From Felis catus (taxonomy: Eukaryota): DNA of 64,000 bases. This document shows, piece after piece, positions 1 to 12,899 of the stretch. The position numbers and the translations under genes were made by a program. The DNA lies in assembly GCF_018350175.1 (NCBI RefSeq), contig NC_058383.1:26786001-26850000 (forward strand). Reading direction: 5' to 3'. Position 1 is the first letter of the stretch, and the number at the start of each line of letters is the position of its first letter. Below the pieces are notes generated by a model. It worked only from the letters and a program-made list of their open reading frames with translations, was not told the origin of the DNA and did no database searches.

Positions 1-154
1 ATGTTCTTGTAACTTCCCAAAGACTGACGGCTTGTTGGCCTGGTGGGGCCCCACCCTTAAGGGTAAAGTGCTCCATCCTGCGGTTCTGGGGAAAATTGTC
101 CGTCCCCCTGCTTTCCCTCTTTTTTCCCATCCTTCCTTCCTTCTAGAGGCCGAG

Positions 155-345
155 AGCATGGGTTCTGGAAGACGAGCACCTGTGTTGGAATCCTGGCTCT
201 GCCTGCTGACTGTGTGGAGGTGGCTTAGTCTCCCTGAGCCTGTGTTTCCTCATCTGTGAAATGCTGGTAATAATGGTAGGACTTTAAATGTGTCAACATG
301 CACGAAGTACATTACACCACTGCTTGGCTCACAGTCAGTGCACAG
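155..345 (+). mobile_element. MIR SINE fragment
   Basis: MIR core motif ctgagcctgtgtttcctcatctgtgaaatg...taataatggta. Confidence 0.7.
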
Positions 346-719
346 AAACGTTGCTGTTGTTATTATTCCTTCCTTTTTTCTTCCTTCCTGTCTTAACTCA
401 GGCTACTATTAAAAAATACCACAGACTGGGGGACTTAAACAACAGATCTTTATTTCTCACAGCTCTGGAGGCTGGATGTCCAAGATCAGGGTGCCCACAC
501 GGTCAGTTTCTTGTGAGAGCCCTCTTTCAGGTTGCAGACTGCTGTTTTCTCCTTGTGTCCTCGCATGGTGGGAAAAGAGCTAGCTAGCTCTCCGGGGTCT
601 CTTGTGTAAGGGCACGGCTCCCACTCCTGAGGGCTCCACCCTCATGACCCAATCACCCCAAAGACTCCCCAGCTCCTAAAACCATCACTTGGGCGTTAGG
701 ATTTCAACATAGGAATTTT

Positions 720-941
720 TTTTTTAAATTAATGTTTATTTATTTTTGAGAGAGAGAGAAAGAGAGAGACAAAGTGTGAGCTAGGGAAGAGGCAGAGAGA
801 GGGAGAACACAGAATCCAAAGCAGGCTCCAGGCTCTGAGCTACCAGCACAGAGGCTGATGCGGGGCTTGAACACACAAGCCGCAAGATCATGACCTGAGC
901 TGAAGTCAGACGCTTAACCGACTGAGCCGCCCAGGTGCCCC
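720..941 (-). mobile_element. Can-SINE (SINEC_Fc type)
   Basis: Reverse-strand tRNA-like head, GA-rich segment and poly-T tail. Confidence 0.95.
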
Positions 942-1176
942 TTAATTTTTTAATGTTTATTTATTTTTGAGAGAGAGAGAGAGAGACAGAGCACAAGTAG
1001 GGGAGGGGCAGAGAGAGATGGAGGAGCAGAGAGAGAGGGAGACACAGAATCTGAAGCAGGCTCCAGGCTCTGAGCTGTCAGCCCAGAGCCTGATGCGGGG
1101 CTTGAGCCCACTAACCGTGAGATCATGACTTGAGCCGAAGTCAGACACTTAACCGACTGAGCTACCCAGGCGCCCC
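942..1176 (-). mobile_element. Can-SINE (SINEC_Fc type)
   Basis: Full-length; the pair 720-1176 is bounded by TSD tcaacataggaatttt (704-719, 1177-1192). Confidence 0.95.
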
Positions 1177-1510
1177 TCAACATAGGAATTTTGAGGGGAT
1201 ACAAACATTCAGTTCTTAACACCTTCCTTCCAAAGGAAGAAAGCCTTTTGTAAGCATGTCTTATGCGGCAGGTGCTCAGCTCGATTCTGGGCTGAACTAG
1301 TCTCTTGTGGCACCTGCACTGAGGGAGACAGGCATTAAATAATTACTAACAGGCACAGCTTGTGATAAATGCCACAGGGTACTAGGAATGGGTATAACAG
1401 GCATAGCTCGCTTTCTATGGAGGAGATGGGGCTGGCCAGGGAAGACTTCCTGGAGGAAGTGACATCTGAACACAGGTCTTAAAGAAAAATAAAATATTTC
1501 CAGGAGGAGG

Positions 1511-1512
<2 letters not shown>

Positions 1513-1562
<50 letters not shown>
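1513..1562. repeat. (TG)n microsatellite
   Basis: Perfect TG run. Confidence 0.98.
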
Positions 1563-1565
<3 letters not shown>

Positions 1566-1629
1566 GTTAAAAACAGAGCACCTCTGACTGTGGGAACCCC
1601 ATACAGAAAGCTCTGAAGGAGCCTTCATT

Positions 1630-2850
1630 AATTTTTTTAATAGGTAATACTTTCACATCGTTTGAACTTCAAAACATGCAAAAGGATAAACACTGAAAGA
1701 CCTCTAGCTTTTCCATGGACTGTTCCCTGCCCTCAAGGCAACAGATGAACCATTCTAGACAATATGTATACATAAGCGAAATGTGCTTATTCTGTCCCTC
1801 CTTTTTTCTTTTTGAAACATAAAAGATGCCTGCTTTTTCTATTTGCTTTTTCCCCCTTTCTCTGTAATATGTATCTTAGAGATTCTTCCACGGGAGCGCA
1901 CAGAGAACTTTCTTATTCTTTTTTTCAGGAGCCCGCAGAGCATACTATGTAGTAGACTATATATAGTTCATCCCTGCAGTCTCCTATTGGTGGATGTTTT
2001 GGGTGCTTCCCACCTTTTATTATTATTATAAACAAGCCATGGCTGATAATCTGACACCTGTGTGCTATGCTTATGTGCAAATAAATCTGTGGGATAAATC
2101 CCTAAAAGTGGAATAGTTAGGCCAAGTGATACATTTTTTAAAAATTGTTTTTCTTTAATGTTTATTTATTTTTAAAAGAGAGACACAGAATCCGCAGCAG
2201 GCTCCGGGTTCTGAGCTGTCAGCACAGAGCCTGATGTGGGGCTCAAACTCACAAGCAGTGAGATCATGACCTGAGCCCAAGTCAGACGCTCAATCGACTG
2301 ACCCACGCAGGTACCCCACAAATGATACATTTTTAAAATAGATGTTGTTAAAATGTTCTCCATGGAGGCTGTGCCAATTTACACCCCATCTCCAGCAATG
2401 TCTCAGAGTGTCTATTTTGCTACATTTCATCGATAGCAGTGGCTTATCAGGTTCTTTTTAATTTTGCCCATCTGATAGGTGAAAATTACTACATCAGTAG
2501 AGTTTTAATTTTCATCTCTCATGAATAACGTAGACCACTTTTGCATTTGTTTGAGAATCACTTGTATTTATTTTCTTACAAATTGTCTTTATCTTTTGCC
2601 CTCTTTTCTATTGGTCTGCTCTCTTATTGATTTTACATGTCAGAGAGATTAGCCCTCTTCTCTGCTAAGCTTCACCAACATCATTTCCTGGTTTGTCATT
2701 TATATTTTGAATTTGCTTATGGTGGTTTTGAGTCTGCAGACTTTTTTTTTTTAAGTTTTATGTAATCAAATGTATACATATTTTTTACGGCTCCTGGATT
2801 TGTGACACACTTAAGGATAATCTTCCTCATTCCAGGATCATAAGATGACT
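1630..2850 (-). mobile_element. Old L1M 3' fragments
   Basis: Diverged L1 3' motifs (gggataaatccctaaaagtggaat, ttttgcccatctgataggtgaaaa). Confidence 0.6.
2140..2317 (-). mobile_element. Can-SINE with shortened 3' region
   Basis: SINE head and body; flanking tgatacattttt duplicated. Confidence 0.9.
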
Positions 2851-3178
2851 CCCTTCTTTAAAAAATATCTCCAGGAAAGATGATTCCAGATGGTATTTTA
2901 ATTATGTTTCCGAGTTTACCACCCACCATGGTGGAAATGCTTCCCTTATATCTAAATGAAACCCGTGATGCTCTAGCTTGCACACACTGGTAATATTTTT
3001 TTCACCTCGTCAGCAAATATTTCCTGAGCACTTACTATGTGTCACTATGGAACTGGGAGCTACAAGGATTGATAAAGAAGCCAATAAAAATAGCTGAAAT
3101 CCTACCACCTGGAAATAATCACTGCAAATGTTTGGTATTTATCATTAAAGTTTTTTTTTTTTTTTTTTTTAAGTCTAC

Positions 3179-3679
3179 TGTGTTAGGGGTCTCCAGAGAA
3201 GCAGAACCAATAGGATTATATACGAAGAGATTTATTATTGCAGTTGGCCCACGCATTTATGGAGGTTAAGGAGTCCTGGGATCTGCTGTCTGTAAGCTGG
3301 AGGATGAAGAAAGTCAGGGCTGTGATTCAGTTTGAATCTGAAGGCTTGATGATCACAGGGCCTGTTGTAGAAATTCTGGTCTGAGTCTGAATGAAGCACT
3401 GATGTTCAAAGGCAGGAGAAGATAGGTGTCCCAGATCAAGCAGAGAGAGTGAATTTGTGTCTCCTCCATATTTTCTTTTTTTAAATTCGGATATTCAGGC
3501 CTTCAAAAAATGGGGTGATGCCCACCTGTACCAGTGAGGGCATCTTCTCCTCAGTCTGCTGATTCAAATACTAATCTCTCCTGGAAACACCTTCACAGAC
3601 ATGCCCAGAAATGATGTTTTAACAGCTCTCTGGGCAACGCTTAGCCTGGTCAAGCTGATGCCTACAATTAACCGTCACA
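3179..3679 (-). mobile_element. ERVL solo LTR (MLT2-like)
   Basis: tg...ca ends; gtctccagagaagcagaaccaatagga and caattaaccgtcaca motifs; 5-bp flanks tctac/tctag. Confidence 0.8.
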
Positions 3680-3699
3680 TCTAGATACACATATTTTTA

Positions 3700-3830
3700 A
3701 ATAAAAATAAGATTATTTTACATATATATTATAAGATTATTACATATATAAGATAATGATATCATATATAATATATATAATATTATAGATTATAAGATTA
3801 TTATATATATTATGTATATATATGATATTT
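3700..3830. repeat. AT-rich low-complexity (taagattat-like) tract
   Basis: Repeated ataagattat and tatatata words. Confidence 0.8.
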
Positions 3831-4134
3831 TATGACCTGATTTTCAAATACATCTTGGATTTCTTTCTTTGTCACTAACTGTAAATCTACATTGTAATGT
3901 TTAATGGCCATGGCTATGATTTGCCTGTAGCAGGGTTTGTTGACTCGCTCCTTACTGATGGACAGTTAGACTATCTTCCTTATTTCACCATTATAAACAA
4001 TGCTGCAGAGAACAACCTGGTATCTACATCTTTGCCCTCTTGTCGTGGACATAGAATTGCTGGGTCATTATTGCCGAACTGCTTTCCAGAAGGATTGTAC
4101 TGATTTACACCCTCGCCAGTGTTGTAAGGGTGTC

Positions 4135-4595
4135 GGGGGCAGCGACGCATAATATGGCTCCAGGTCCAAGTCTGGTCATTGCCCGTCTCTGTAAAGAATA
4201 TCTTACAGGCAGGGCACCTGGGTGGCTCAGTCAGTTAAGCGTCCGGCTTCAGCTCAGGTCATGATCTCCTGGTCCATGGGTTCGAGTCCCGTGTCGGGCT
4301 CTGTGCTGACAGCTCAGAGCCTGGAGCCTGTTTCAGATTCTGTGTCTCCCTTTCTCTCTGACCCTCCCCCGTTCATGCTCTGTCTCAAAAATAAATAAAC
4401 GTTAAAAACATTTTTTTAAATAAAAAAAAAAGAATATCTTACTGGAGCACGGCTGCTCCTATTCACTTATGTATCGTTGTGGCTGCTTTTGCCCTCTGAG
4501 GGCAGAGTTGAGCAGTTGCAACAGAGACCACGTGGCCCACGGACCCTAAATTATTTACTGATTGACCCTTTGCAGACAAAGTTTGCCGACTCCTG
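4135..4595 (+). mobile_element. MER58A-like hAT-Charlie DNA transposon, split by a SINE
   Basis: ggcagagttgagcagttgcaacagagacc...aaagtttgccgactcctg terminus matches recalled MER58A consensus. Confidence 0.8.
4211..4428 (+). mobile_element. Can-SINE
   Basis: Full-length; TSD aaagaatatcttac. Confidence 0.95.
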
Positions 4596-4788
4596 TCTTA
4601 TTTCAGCAGAGAAGTTATGTTACCTTTTGGGTGTTCTTGTTCACTTTACTAAGGTTTTACAAGCTGATTTTGATGTGGAATGTGGAAGCAACATCAAGCA
4701 TCTTGTCCCAAAACCTATAGGCTTTAAGCAGTGCAGATCCACATTTCATTCCATCATTTAATGGCTTTGTAACTCCAGTCAAATTTTT

Positions 4789-4815
4789 AAAAATTGTTTT
4801 AAATGTTTATTTATT

Positions 4816-4847
<32 letters not shown>

Positions 4848-5012
4848 CAAACGGAGGAGGGGCAGAGAGAGAGGGAGACACAGAATCTGAAGGAGGCTCC
4901 AGGCTCTGAGCTGTCAGCACAGAGCCCAGCACGGGGCTCGAACCTACAAACTCTGAGATCATAATCTGAGCCAAAATCAGAGGTTCAACTGACTGAGTCA
5001 CCCAGGTGCCCC
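4789..5012 (-). mobile_element. Can-SINE inserted in a MIR
   Basis: TSD aactccagtcaaattttt (4771-4788, 5013-5030). Confidence 0.95.
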
Positions 5013-5593
5013 AACTCCAGTCAAATTTTTAGTTTCTCAGAGACTCAGTTTGTTCGTGTTAAAATGGGAACAATGACAGCAACCCAGGAAGGTTATAGTT
5101 GTAAGACACCTGGCCCAGTGCTTGGCTTCTGGTGCATGTAGAACCAACATTAGTTTACTTCCCCTTCCCAAAGACGTCTGCGTCTAGCGAGTAGGAAAAA
5201 GAAATTAGCAAGGAAGAGGGTTGGTAATAGCTGCTTTCTGCTGTTGCTTCCCATTTTGGTCCCAAAGTTTGGAGAATTCTTTTTTTTTTTTTTTTTTTTT
5301 TTGCCCCAAGTAACTTCCAAACATTTAAAGCCAAAACATATCTAAGTCATAGGAATAGCAAGCATCAAGAGTAAGAAATGACTGGCTTTTTCTGTTGTTT
5401 TTAAACTTTTTGGAGAAACAGAACTTCTGCTACATACTTGGGCTGAACAACCTTTGCAACTATTTTAAAATTTAGGGAGTGTCTTAGATTGATGGGATCA
5501 AGGAATAGTGTGTCTGTAGCTGTCATTCACATTAAGAAGTGGTTTTAGGTGAAATCATGTGGGGGACCCCACCCACGCTGGTATCAGAGCATG

Positions 5594-6258
5594 CAGGTTT
5601 TATAACTTCCACACATTTAAACCAGATGATTCTTTGCTGTAGGATGTCTAGCAGCATCCCTGGTGTGGGACACAGGCTAATGCTAGACCCACAAAGACGT
5701 CCATGTCCTAATTCCTATCATCTGTGAATACATTACCTTACATGGAAAAAAAAAAAAAGAACACACAAAACGCTTCATTTAAATGAAAGATCTTGAGATT
5801 ATCCCAGATGACTGAGGTGGGCCCGATATTATCACAGGGGTCCTGATAAGAGAGAAGGTGATATGATGATAGAAACAGAGAAGGAAGAGAGAAGGTGCTA
5901 TGGCTGCTGACTTTGAAGAAGGAGGAAGGGGCCATGAGCCAAGGAATGTAGGCCGCCTGTAGAATCTGGAAAACACAAGGAAACCAATTCTTCCCTGGAG
6001 GCCTCCAGAAGGAAAGCAGCCTTGCAAAGTCATGTTAGTCTTGTGACCCCTGGGGTTGTCAGAAATTTATTTCTGTTATTTGAAACCACTAGGGTTGTGA
6101 TCTTTTGTTACAGCAGGAACAAGAAACAAATACTTCCGGTATCCACCCACCAGATACCAGTAAAACCCCACCCCAGTTGTGATAGCCAAAAATGTCCACA
6201 GACATGACTTCCCCATGTCCCATGGGGAACACAACTGTTCTCAGTTGAGAACTACTGT
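5594..6258 (-). mobile_element. MER20 hAT DNA transposon, split by MLT1D
   Basis: gtaggatgtctagcagcatccctgg ... ccagttgtgatagccaaaaatgtc ... gttgagaactactg. Confidence 0.8.
5664..6133 (+). mobile_element. MaLR solo LTR (MLT1D-like)
   Basis: ggggccatgagccaaggaatgtaggccgcctgtagaatctggaaaa...ttgttacagcag. Confidence 0.85.
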
Positions 6259-7529
6259 GTTAGGGAGATTCCAACAGCAGCTGCAAGAATTCAGAGGCCA
6301 GAAGTCAATGCTGTGGGTATGGCTGGCACATGGTCAGCCAGGTGTGGCTTCAGGTGGGCACACAGATAGGTATGGGAAGCTAGGAGATGTAGACTACTCC
6401 TAATGTCCATTGTCACTCCTTTCTGTTCTCTCACCCTGGGGGGTTTATGCCTGGATACTCAGAGAGCATGGCTGGACTGGCTGAGAATCCTTATTGAATG
6501 TGACAGCTTGCCCTGCTGGGTCCCTACTTCTTAGCACAAGGATGACAGCTGCTCTCTGTGGCAGCCTTTCCCTGTGGATCAGACTCCTTTGCTTGACTGA
6601 CCAATTCCCTTCATGCTGGGCAGGAAGGACTTCCTTCTGTCGGAGCCACGGTAGCAAAGTCTGGGCTGGTTCTAAGTAACAAGAGGGACTCTGATTAATA
6701 TAAGGAAAATCAATCGTTGGTTTTTCAGGATAGTAGGGTATCATGGAATGAAGGAAGTTTGCTTAGGAAGGAGGATACCAGCGTAGCTCTGGGAAGCTCA
6801 GAAACAGATGGAATTCATGGTCTCCCTTTCAAGTTCTGCTGTTAATCTTGTCTCATTTCCCAGTCTTGGTTTCCAAGTTGCAAATTCCTGGAAGAGAGAA
6901 TCTTATTCTGTGGGTCCAATAGATCAACCAGCTGAGACCACAGGGAAGGACTTGCCCAAGGTCACTGATAGCAGAGCTGGGCCACCTCTCTTGACTTTCA
7001 GAACTGTTTCTTTTGCATAACCAAGTACTAGAGTCTTTGCGGGAGGTCAGATTGTCCAATTAGAGAGCTAACCAAGAGTTGATACACTAAGGAAAGTTCT
7101 TTGGAAGCCTGCTGAGATGACACCTGAACTGGAAAATATTGGCCAACACTGGCTGTTTTGTCTACTGTGTATCAGGTGTCTAGGTGTTTGTAGGTATCTA
7201 GAAGTGACATGTGTTCTATGGACATATTTAAAATTAGTTATAACAGAGTTTTGGGGGAATTATTGTGAATCACAATAGAGTGAAGTTTTTAAAAACTACT
7301 CCACCATTTCATTTTTTTTCTTTTAAAATTTTTATTTAAATTCTACTTAGTTAACATAGACTACAATATTGGTTTCAGGAGTAGCATTCAGTGATTCATC
7401 ACTTACATACAACACCTAGTGCTCATTATAACAAATGGCCTCCTTAATACCCATCACTTATCTAGCCCATCCCCCACCCACCTCCCTCCATCAACCCTAT
7501 TTATTCTCTATCTTGAAGACTGTCTTATG

Positions 7530-7680
7530 GGGGTGCCTGGGTGGCTTCGTCAGTTAAGTGTCCAACTTCAGCTCAGGTCATGATCTCATGGTTTGTGAGT
7601 TCGAGCCCCGTATCGGGCCATTTGCTGTCACACAAAGCCCCCTTCAGATCCTCTGTCTCTCCCCCTCCCCTGCACTCTCA

Positions 7681-7713
<33 letters not shown>

Positions 7714-7751
7714 TCTCTCTGTCTCTCAAAAATAAATAAACATTTCAAAAA
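7530..7751 (+). mobile_element. Can-SINE inside L1 3'UTR
   Basis: SINE head, CT tract and aaataaa tail. Confidence 0.9.
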
Positions 7752-7957
7752 GTCCCATGGCTTGTTTCCTTCTCTATCTTCCCCCCCTTGCCTTATGTTC
7801 ATCTGTTTTGTTTCTTGTATTCCACATATGAGTGAAATCCTATGGTATTTGTCTTTCTTTGACTGACTTACTTAGCTTAGCATAACACACCCTAGTTCCA
7901 TTGCAAATGGCAAGATTTCACTCTTTTTGATGGTCAAGTAGTATTCCACTATATATG

Positions 7958-7960
<3 letters not shown>

Positions 7961-7987
<27 letters not shown>
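7961..7987. repeat. (CA)n microsatellite
   Basis: Perfect CA run. Confidence 0.95.
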
Positions 7988-7988
<1 letters not shown>

Positions 7989-8299
7989 CCCACATCTTCT
8001 TTATCCATCCATCAGTTGATGGGTATTTGGGTTCTCTCCATAGTTTGGCTACTGTTTTTAATGCTGCTATAAACATCAGTGTGTGTGTACCTCTTCAAAT
8101 CTGTATATTTTTTTTAATCTTTGGGTAAATACCTAGTAGTGCAATTGCTGAATCATAGGGTAGTCCTATATTTAACTTTTTGAGGAATCTCTATATTGTT
8201 CTCCAGAGTGGCTGCACCAGTTTGCGTTCCCGCCAACAGTATTAACAGGGTTCCCCTTTCTCTGCATCCTCGCCAACACCTGTAGTTTCTTGTGTTCTT

Positions 8300-8513
8300 T
8301 TTTTTTTTAATTTTTTAATGTTTATTTATTTTTGAGAGAGAGACAGAGTGTGAGTGGGTAAGGGGCAGAGAGAGGGAGACACAGAATCCAAAGCAGGCTC
8401 CAGGCTCTGAGCTGTCAGCACAGAGCCTGATGCAGGGCTCGAACTCACGAACCGTGAGACCATGACCTGAACTGAAGTCGGACACTTAACCGACTGATCC
8501 ACCCGGGTGCCCC
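8300..8513 (-). mobile_element. Can-SINE inside L1
   Basis: TSD tcttgtgttctt (8288-8299, 8514-8525). Confidence 0.95.
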
Positions 8514-9774
8514 TCTTGTGTTCTTAATTTTAGCTATTCTGACAGGTGTGAGGTGGTATCTCATTGTGGTTTTGATTTGCATTTCCCTGATGATGAGCGA
8601 TGTTGAGCATCTTTTCATGTGTCTGTTAGCCATCTGGTTGTCTTCTTTGGAAAAGTCTCTATTTACATCTTCTGTCCATTTCTTAACTGGATTATTTGTG
8701 TTTGGGGTGTTGAGTTTGATAAGTTCTTTATAGATTTTGGATACTAACCCTTTATCAGATAACGTCATTTGCAAATATCTTCTCCCATTCTGTCAGTTGC
8801 CTTTTAGTTTTGCTGATTGTTTCCTTCGCTGTGCAGAAGTTTTTATCTTGATGAAGTCCCAGTTGTTCATGTTTGCCTTTGTCTCTCTTGCTTCTGGTGA
8901 TGTGTCTAATAAGAAGTTGCTCTGGCTGAGGTCAAAGAGGTTGCTGCCTGTGTTCTCTGGGATTTTGATGCTTTCCTTTCTCACATTTAGGTCTTTCATC
9001 CACTTTGAATTTATTTTTGTGTCTGGTGTAAGAAAGTGGTCCAGGTTCTTTCTTCTGCATGTTGCCATCCAGTATTTCCAACACCATTTGCTGAAGAGAC
9101 TGTCTTTATTCCATTGGATATTCTTTCCTGCTTTGTCAAAGATAGTTGGCCATACATTTGTGGGTCCATTTCTGGGTTCTCTATTCTGGGTTCCATTGAT
9201 CTGATGTCTGTTTTTATGCCAGTACCATACTGTCTTGATGATTACAGCTTTGTAATACAGCTTGAAGTCTGGAATCATGAGGTCTCCAGCTTGGTTTTCT
9301 TTTTCAGGATTGTTTTGGGGTCCTTTGTGGTTCCACACAAATTTTAGGATTGTTTCTTCTGGTTCTATGAAAAATGCTGGTGGTATTTTGATGGGGATTG
9401 CATTAAATGCATAGATTACTCTGGGTAGTGTAGACATTTTAACTATGATTGTTCTTCCTATTGTGAGCGTGGAATGCATTTCCATTTCTTTGTGCCCTCT
9501 TCAACTTCTTTCATAAGTGTTCTATAGTTTTCAGAGTACAGATCTTTTACCTCCTTGGTTAGGTTTATTCATAGATATCTCATTGTTTTAGGTTCCTCCA
9601 GCATTTTCAGCAATTTCTGGTCCCCAGTGAAGTTCTCTCAGATCCTCTGGCATTTGCCACAGCCTAACTGAATATTCCATTTCAGATGCCCTTTCTTGGT
9701 CTGCTTTGGGCTATGACTGAATTCTTCTCTCTAGGTCTCTATTTAAATAAACACCAGCACCGCAACAGGTTTAA

Positions 9775-9981
9775 TTTTTTTTAAGCCTTTATTTAAATTC
9801 CAGTTAGTTAATATACAGTGTGATATTAGTTTCAGGTTTACAAAATAGTGATTCAACACTTCCATACAACACTCTGGGGGTCATCACCACAAATGCCCTC
9901 TTTAATCCCCATCACCTGTTTCACCCATCTCCCACCTGCCTCCCCTCTGGTAACCATCGTTTTGTTCTCTAAAGTTAAGAG

Positions 9982-10045
<64 letters not shown>

Positions 10046-10420
10046 AAGCAGGCTTCACTCCCGGCACGGAGCCCGACATGGGACTCGAACTCACAAGCCT
10101 GAGATCAAGACCTGAGGTGAGAATGAGACAGATGCTCAACCAACTGAGCCACCCAGGTGCCCCTCGCTCTCTTTTTTCCCCCCTTTGCTCCTTTGTTTTG
10201 TTCTTAAATTCCACATATGAGTGAAATCATGTGGTATTTGTCTTTCTCTGACTGACTTATTCTGCTTAGCATGATACTCTCTACCTCCATCCGTGTTGTG
10301 CCAATGGCAAGATTTCATTCTTTTTTTATGGCTGAGTAATATTCCATTGTATACATACCACATGTTCTTTATACATTCATCTATCCATGGACACTTGGGC
10401 TGCTTCCATATAATTTGGCT
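9775..10420 (-). mobile_element. Carnivore L1 3'UTR fragment
   Basis: ttccacatatgagtgaaatcatgtggtatttgtctttctctgactgactta motif. Confidence 0.85.
10043..10163 (-). mobile_element. Tailless Can-SINE (head only) next to (TC)n at 9996-10042
   Basis: SINE head present; CT tract and poly-A absent. Confidence 0.8.
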
Positions 10421-11446
10421 TTAATTCAACAACCAGTACATACTTACTAGAGAAAAAAATTAAAAAACACAGATATGTGAGGTAAAACTTATAAAATTAC
10501 CCATAAGTTTATTGTGCATAAAAACCTCTTCATAATTTGCTCTATTTGGTGTCCTTCCAGGCTCTTTTTTTTATTATTTGATATTTTGTGAAAAAAAATG
10601 GGATTATACTGCATCTTTTGTTTTATTGTTTATTTTGTTAATTTAATTATCATAATATTTTTCAACAGGCTTAAATATATGTTGATTATATTTTTTAATA
10701 GCTTCATAGTATTTCATGATTATGCCATGATTTACTTATTCGTCATTAAGAGAGAGAACTCTTTTTGTTTCTGAGTTGTTGAAAAGTCTGTGATGTTTAT
10801 GTGGCTGCTAAGGTTTCAGAATTTCATGAATTATTATGTTTTTTAATTTATTCCATTTTGGATAGTTACATTTTTTTGTCCTTTCTCGCTGGAGGATGTT
10901 TTGTTGTGGCATCCCTCTGTGATATTGGGGAAGGAGTGTGGAATATTCTTAGGTCCTCCCTATGCATTTGTGCTTCTGTCAGCCTTCTCTGAAAGGGTTG
11001 GCCTGGAAAGAAAAGCAGATGAGCTTACGCACACGTATATTTCCTCACCCTCACTCACCTCATGTGACCGCCTATGGAGAGGAAAACAAGTCAGCTTCTT
11101 CAACCAACTCACAGTGCTTTGTCCATGGGTCATTCTCTGTAACACGCAGAAGAATTTATAAGGGTTCCTAGTTTTCTTCATTCACGTGACAAAATTGTAT
11201 TGAGTACCTACTATGTGCTAAACAGTATGCTTGATCATCGGAACATACACAGATAGTCTTAGGGCATCTCGGTAGTGAAGTCTTTATATATCATTTTGTC
11301 CTCCTGGTGGTCAGGTCAATTTCATCTTACTCTAAGGCTGGGGCTTTGGAGCAGACGGACCCTTGCACACCCATGCTACCTTCATGACATTGGGCACCTA
11401 GTTTACCTTCTTTGTGCCTGCTTTCATATTATATTAATACAATTCA

Positions 11447-11667
11447 GGGGTGCCTGGGTGGCTCAGTCGGTTAAGCGTCCGACTTCAGCTCAGGTCATGA
11501 TCTCGCGGTCCATGAGTTCGAGCCCCACCTCGGGCTCTGGGCTGATGGCTCAGAGCCTGGAGCCTGCTTCCGATTCTGTGTCTCCCTCTCTCTCTCTGCC
11601 CCTCCGCCGTTCATGCTCTGCCTCTCTCTGTCTCAAAAATAAATAAACGTTAAAAAAATTAAAAAAA
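11447..11667 (+). mobile_element. Can-SINE (young) inside a MIR
   Basis: TSD aatacaattca; CpGs retained. Confidence 0.95.
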
Positions 11668-12899
11668 ATACAATTCAATGGAATCATCTGTGTAAAATAT
11701 ACAACGTAGAGTAAATGGTTGAATATGAGATGACCATTATTATTAGCATCCTATTCTACAGAAAAGCTTACAATCAAGTAGAAGAAGATGTATTGCCTGG
11801 TCATTTATTTATCCTTAGCAGCTGATGAAGAAAGAACTAATTAGTCTAAACATTGAGCAAGATGAAAGGAGCAGGCCACTGGCTGCCTCTCTGGGGTTAA
11901 TTTAGCCATCACTTCTGCATGGAGCTGGTACATTTAGAGTGTGAAAGGAACCTGCTGCTTGTTGATAATTAGTCTGGTTTCAATGAGTATCATCAGGTGT
12001 TAATAACAGCTCAAATGCACTGTATCTTTTCACAACTTTTAGAAGATGTTTAGGTTGTTTGCTGGGTTCTCACTTCTCGGGCTTCCGTGTGGATGTTGGG
12101 GGTTGATCTAGGGAGGGCCAGATAGGATGCTTCTACCTCCATGGATCCTAGCCATCTCCATGATGGCAACAATATGGCCCTGCCCAGAATGGGTAATATC
12201 GTGGATATTACATGAATTGGGTCAGAAGCTGGCCTTTCCTGATGGAAAGTGGCATTTCTTTGCCAGTGGGGGACATTTCTTCTTGTCCCAAATAATCCTG
12301 ACAATACAATAGTTTAAAAGAAAAAAAAAAACCCAACTGGAAGGAATGTAAATTTTTACCAATAGAGTACTACCTAAATGCATATTAGGATATCATACAA
12401 CAGAACACAATGCGGCCATTAAAAAGAATAAGGTGTACCTGTATAGGTGTCCAAGAGGTACAAATTGGGAGAAAAGCTGCAGAACAGTAACTAGGGTCTG
12501 ATTTGATGTAAGAGAAGGGGAGGGGGGATAAACAAAGAGAGGAAAACTGACAGAGAAAGAAAAAAAAGGAAGAGAAAAGGAAAAGGAAAGAAGAAAAGTA
12601 TTTCTTTACAAAACCAGGCTTTCCTTTGCCCATCATAGACAACTCCAGAATTTGAGGACTGAGGTAGATTTTTACTGCAGGTAAAAGGGGTGTGTGTGTG
12701 TATAGGGGTTTTATACAGTACCACATTGAAAGACTACTCCAAATTTTCTCCATACTTTATTTGGAGAGTGAGTGCCCACAACAGGATTAATTCTGTTCTG
12801 TGGATTGACACACACTATCCTCACTGATCTATCCCAAGGCCTTTTATTTATTTATAATAGCATAGACACATATCCTTGTTGTGATCGGAGCAGTTCTCC

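Larger units (their letters stand above)
389..1220 (-). mobile_element. MaLR solo LTR (MLT1A-C-like), split by two SINEs at 720-1176
   Basis: aaataccacagactggg...tttatttctcacagctctggaggctgg...tccaagatcaggg; resumes after the SINEs with gaggggatacaaacattcag. Confidence 0.75.
7312..9595 (-). mobile_element. 5'-truncated carnivore LINE-1 (ORF2 C-terminus and 3'UTR), decayed
   Basis: ORF-track peptides [34 protein letters not shown]; degenerate TSD ctcca(c/g)cattt at 7299 and 9596; two SINEs nested. Confidence 0.93.
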
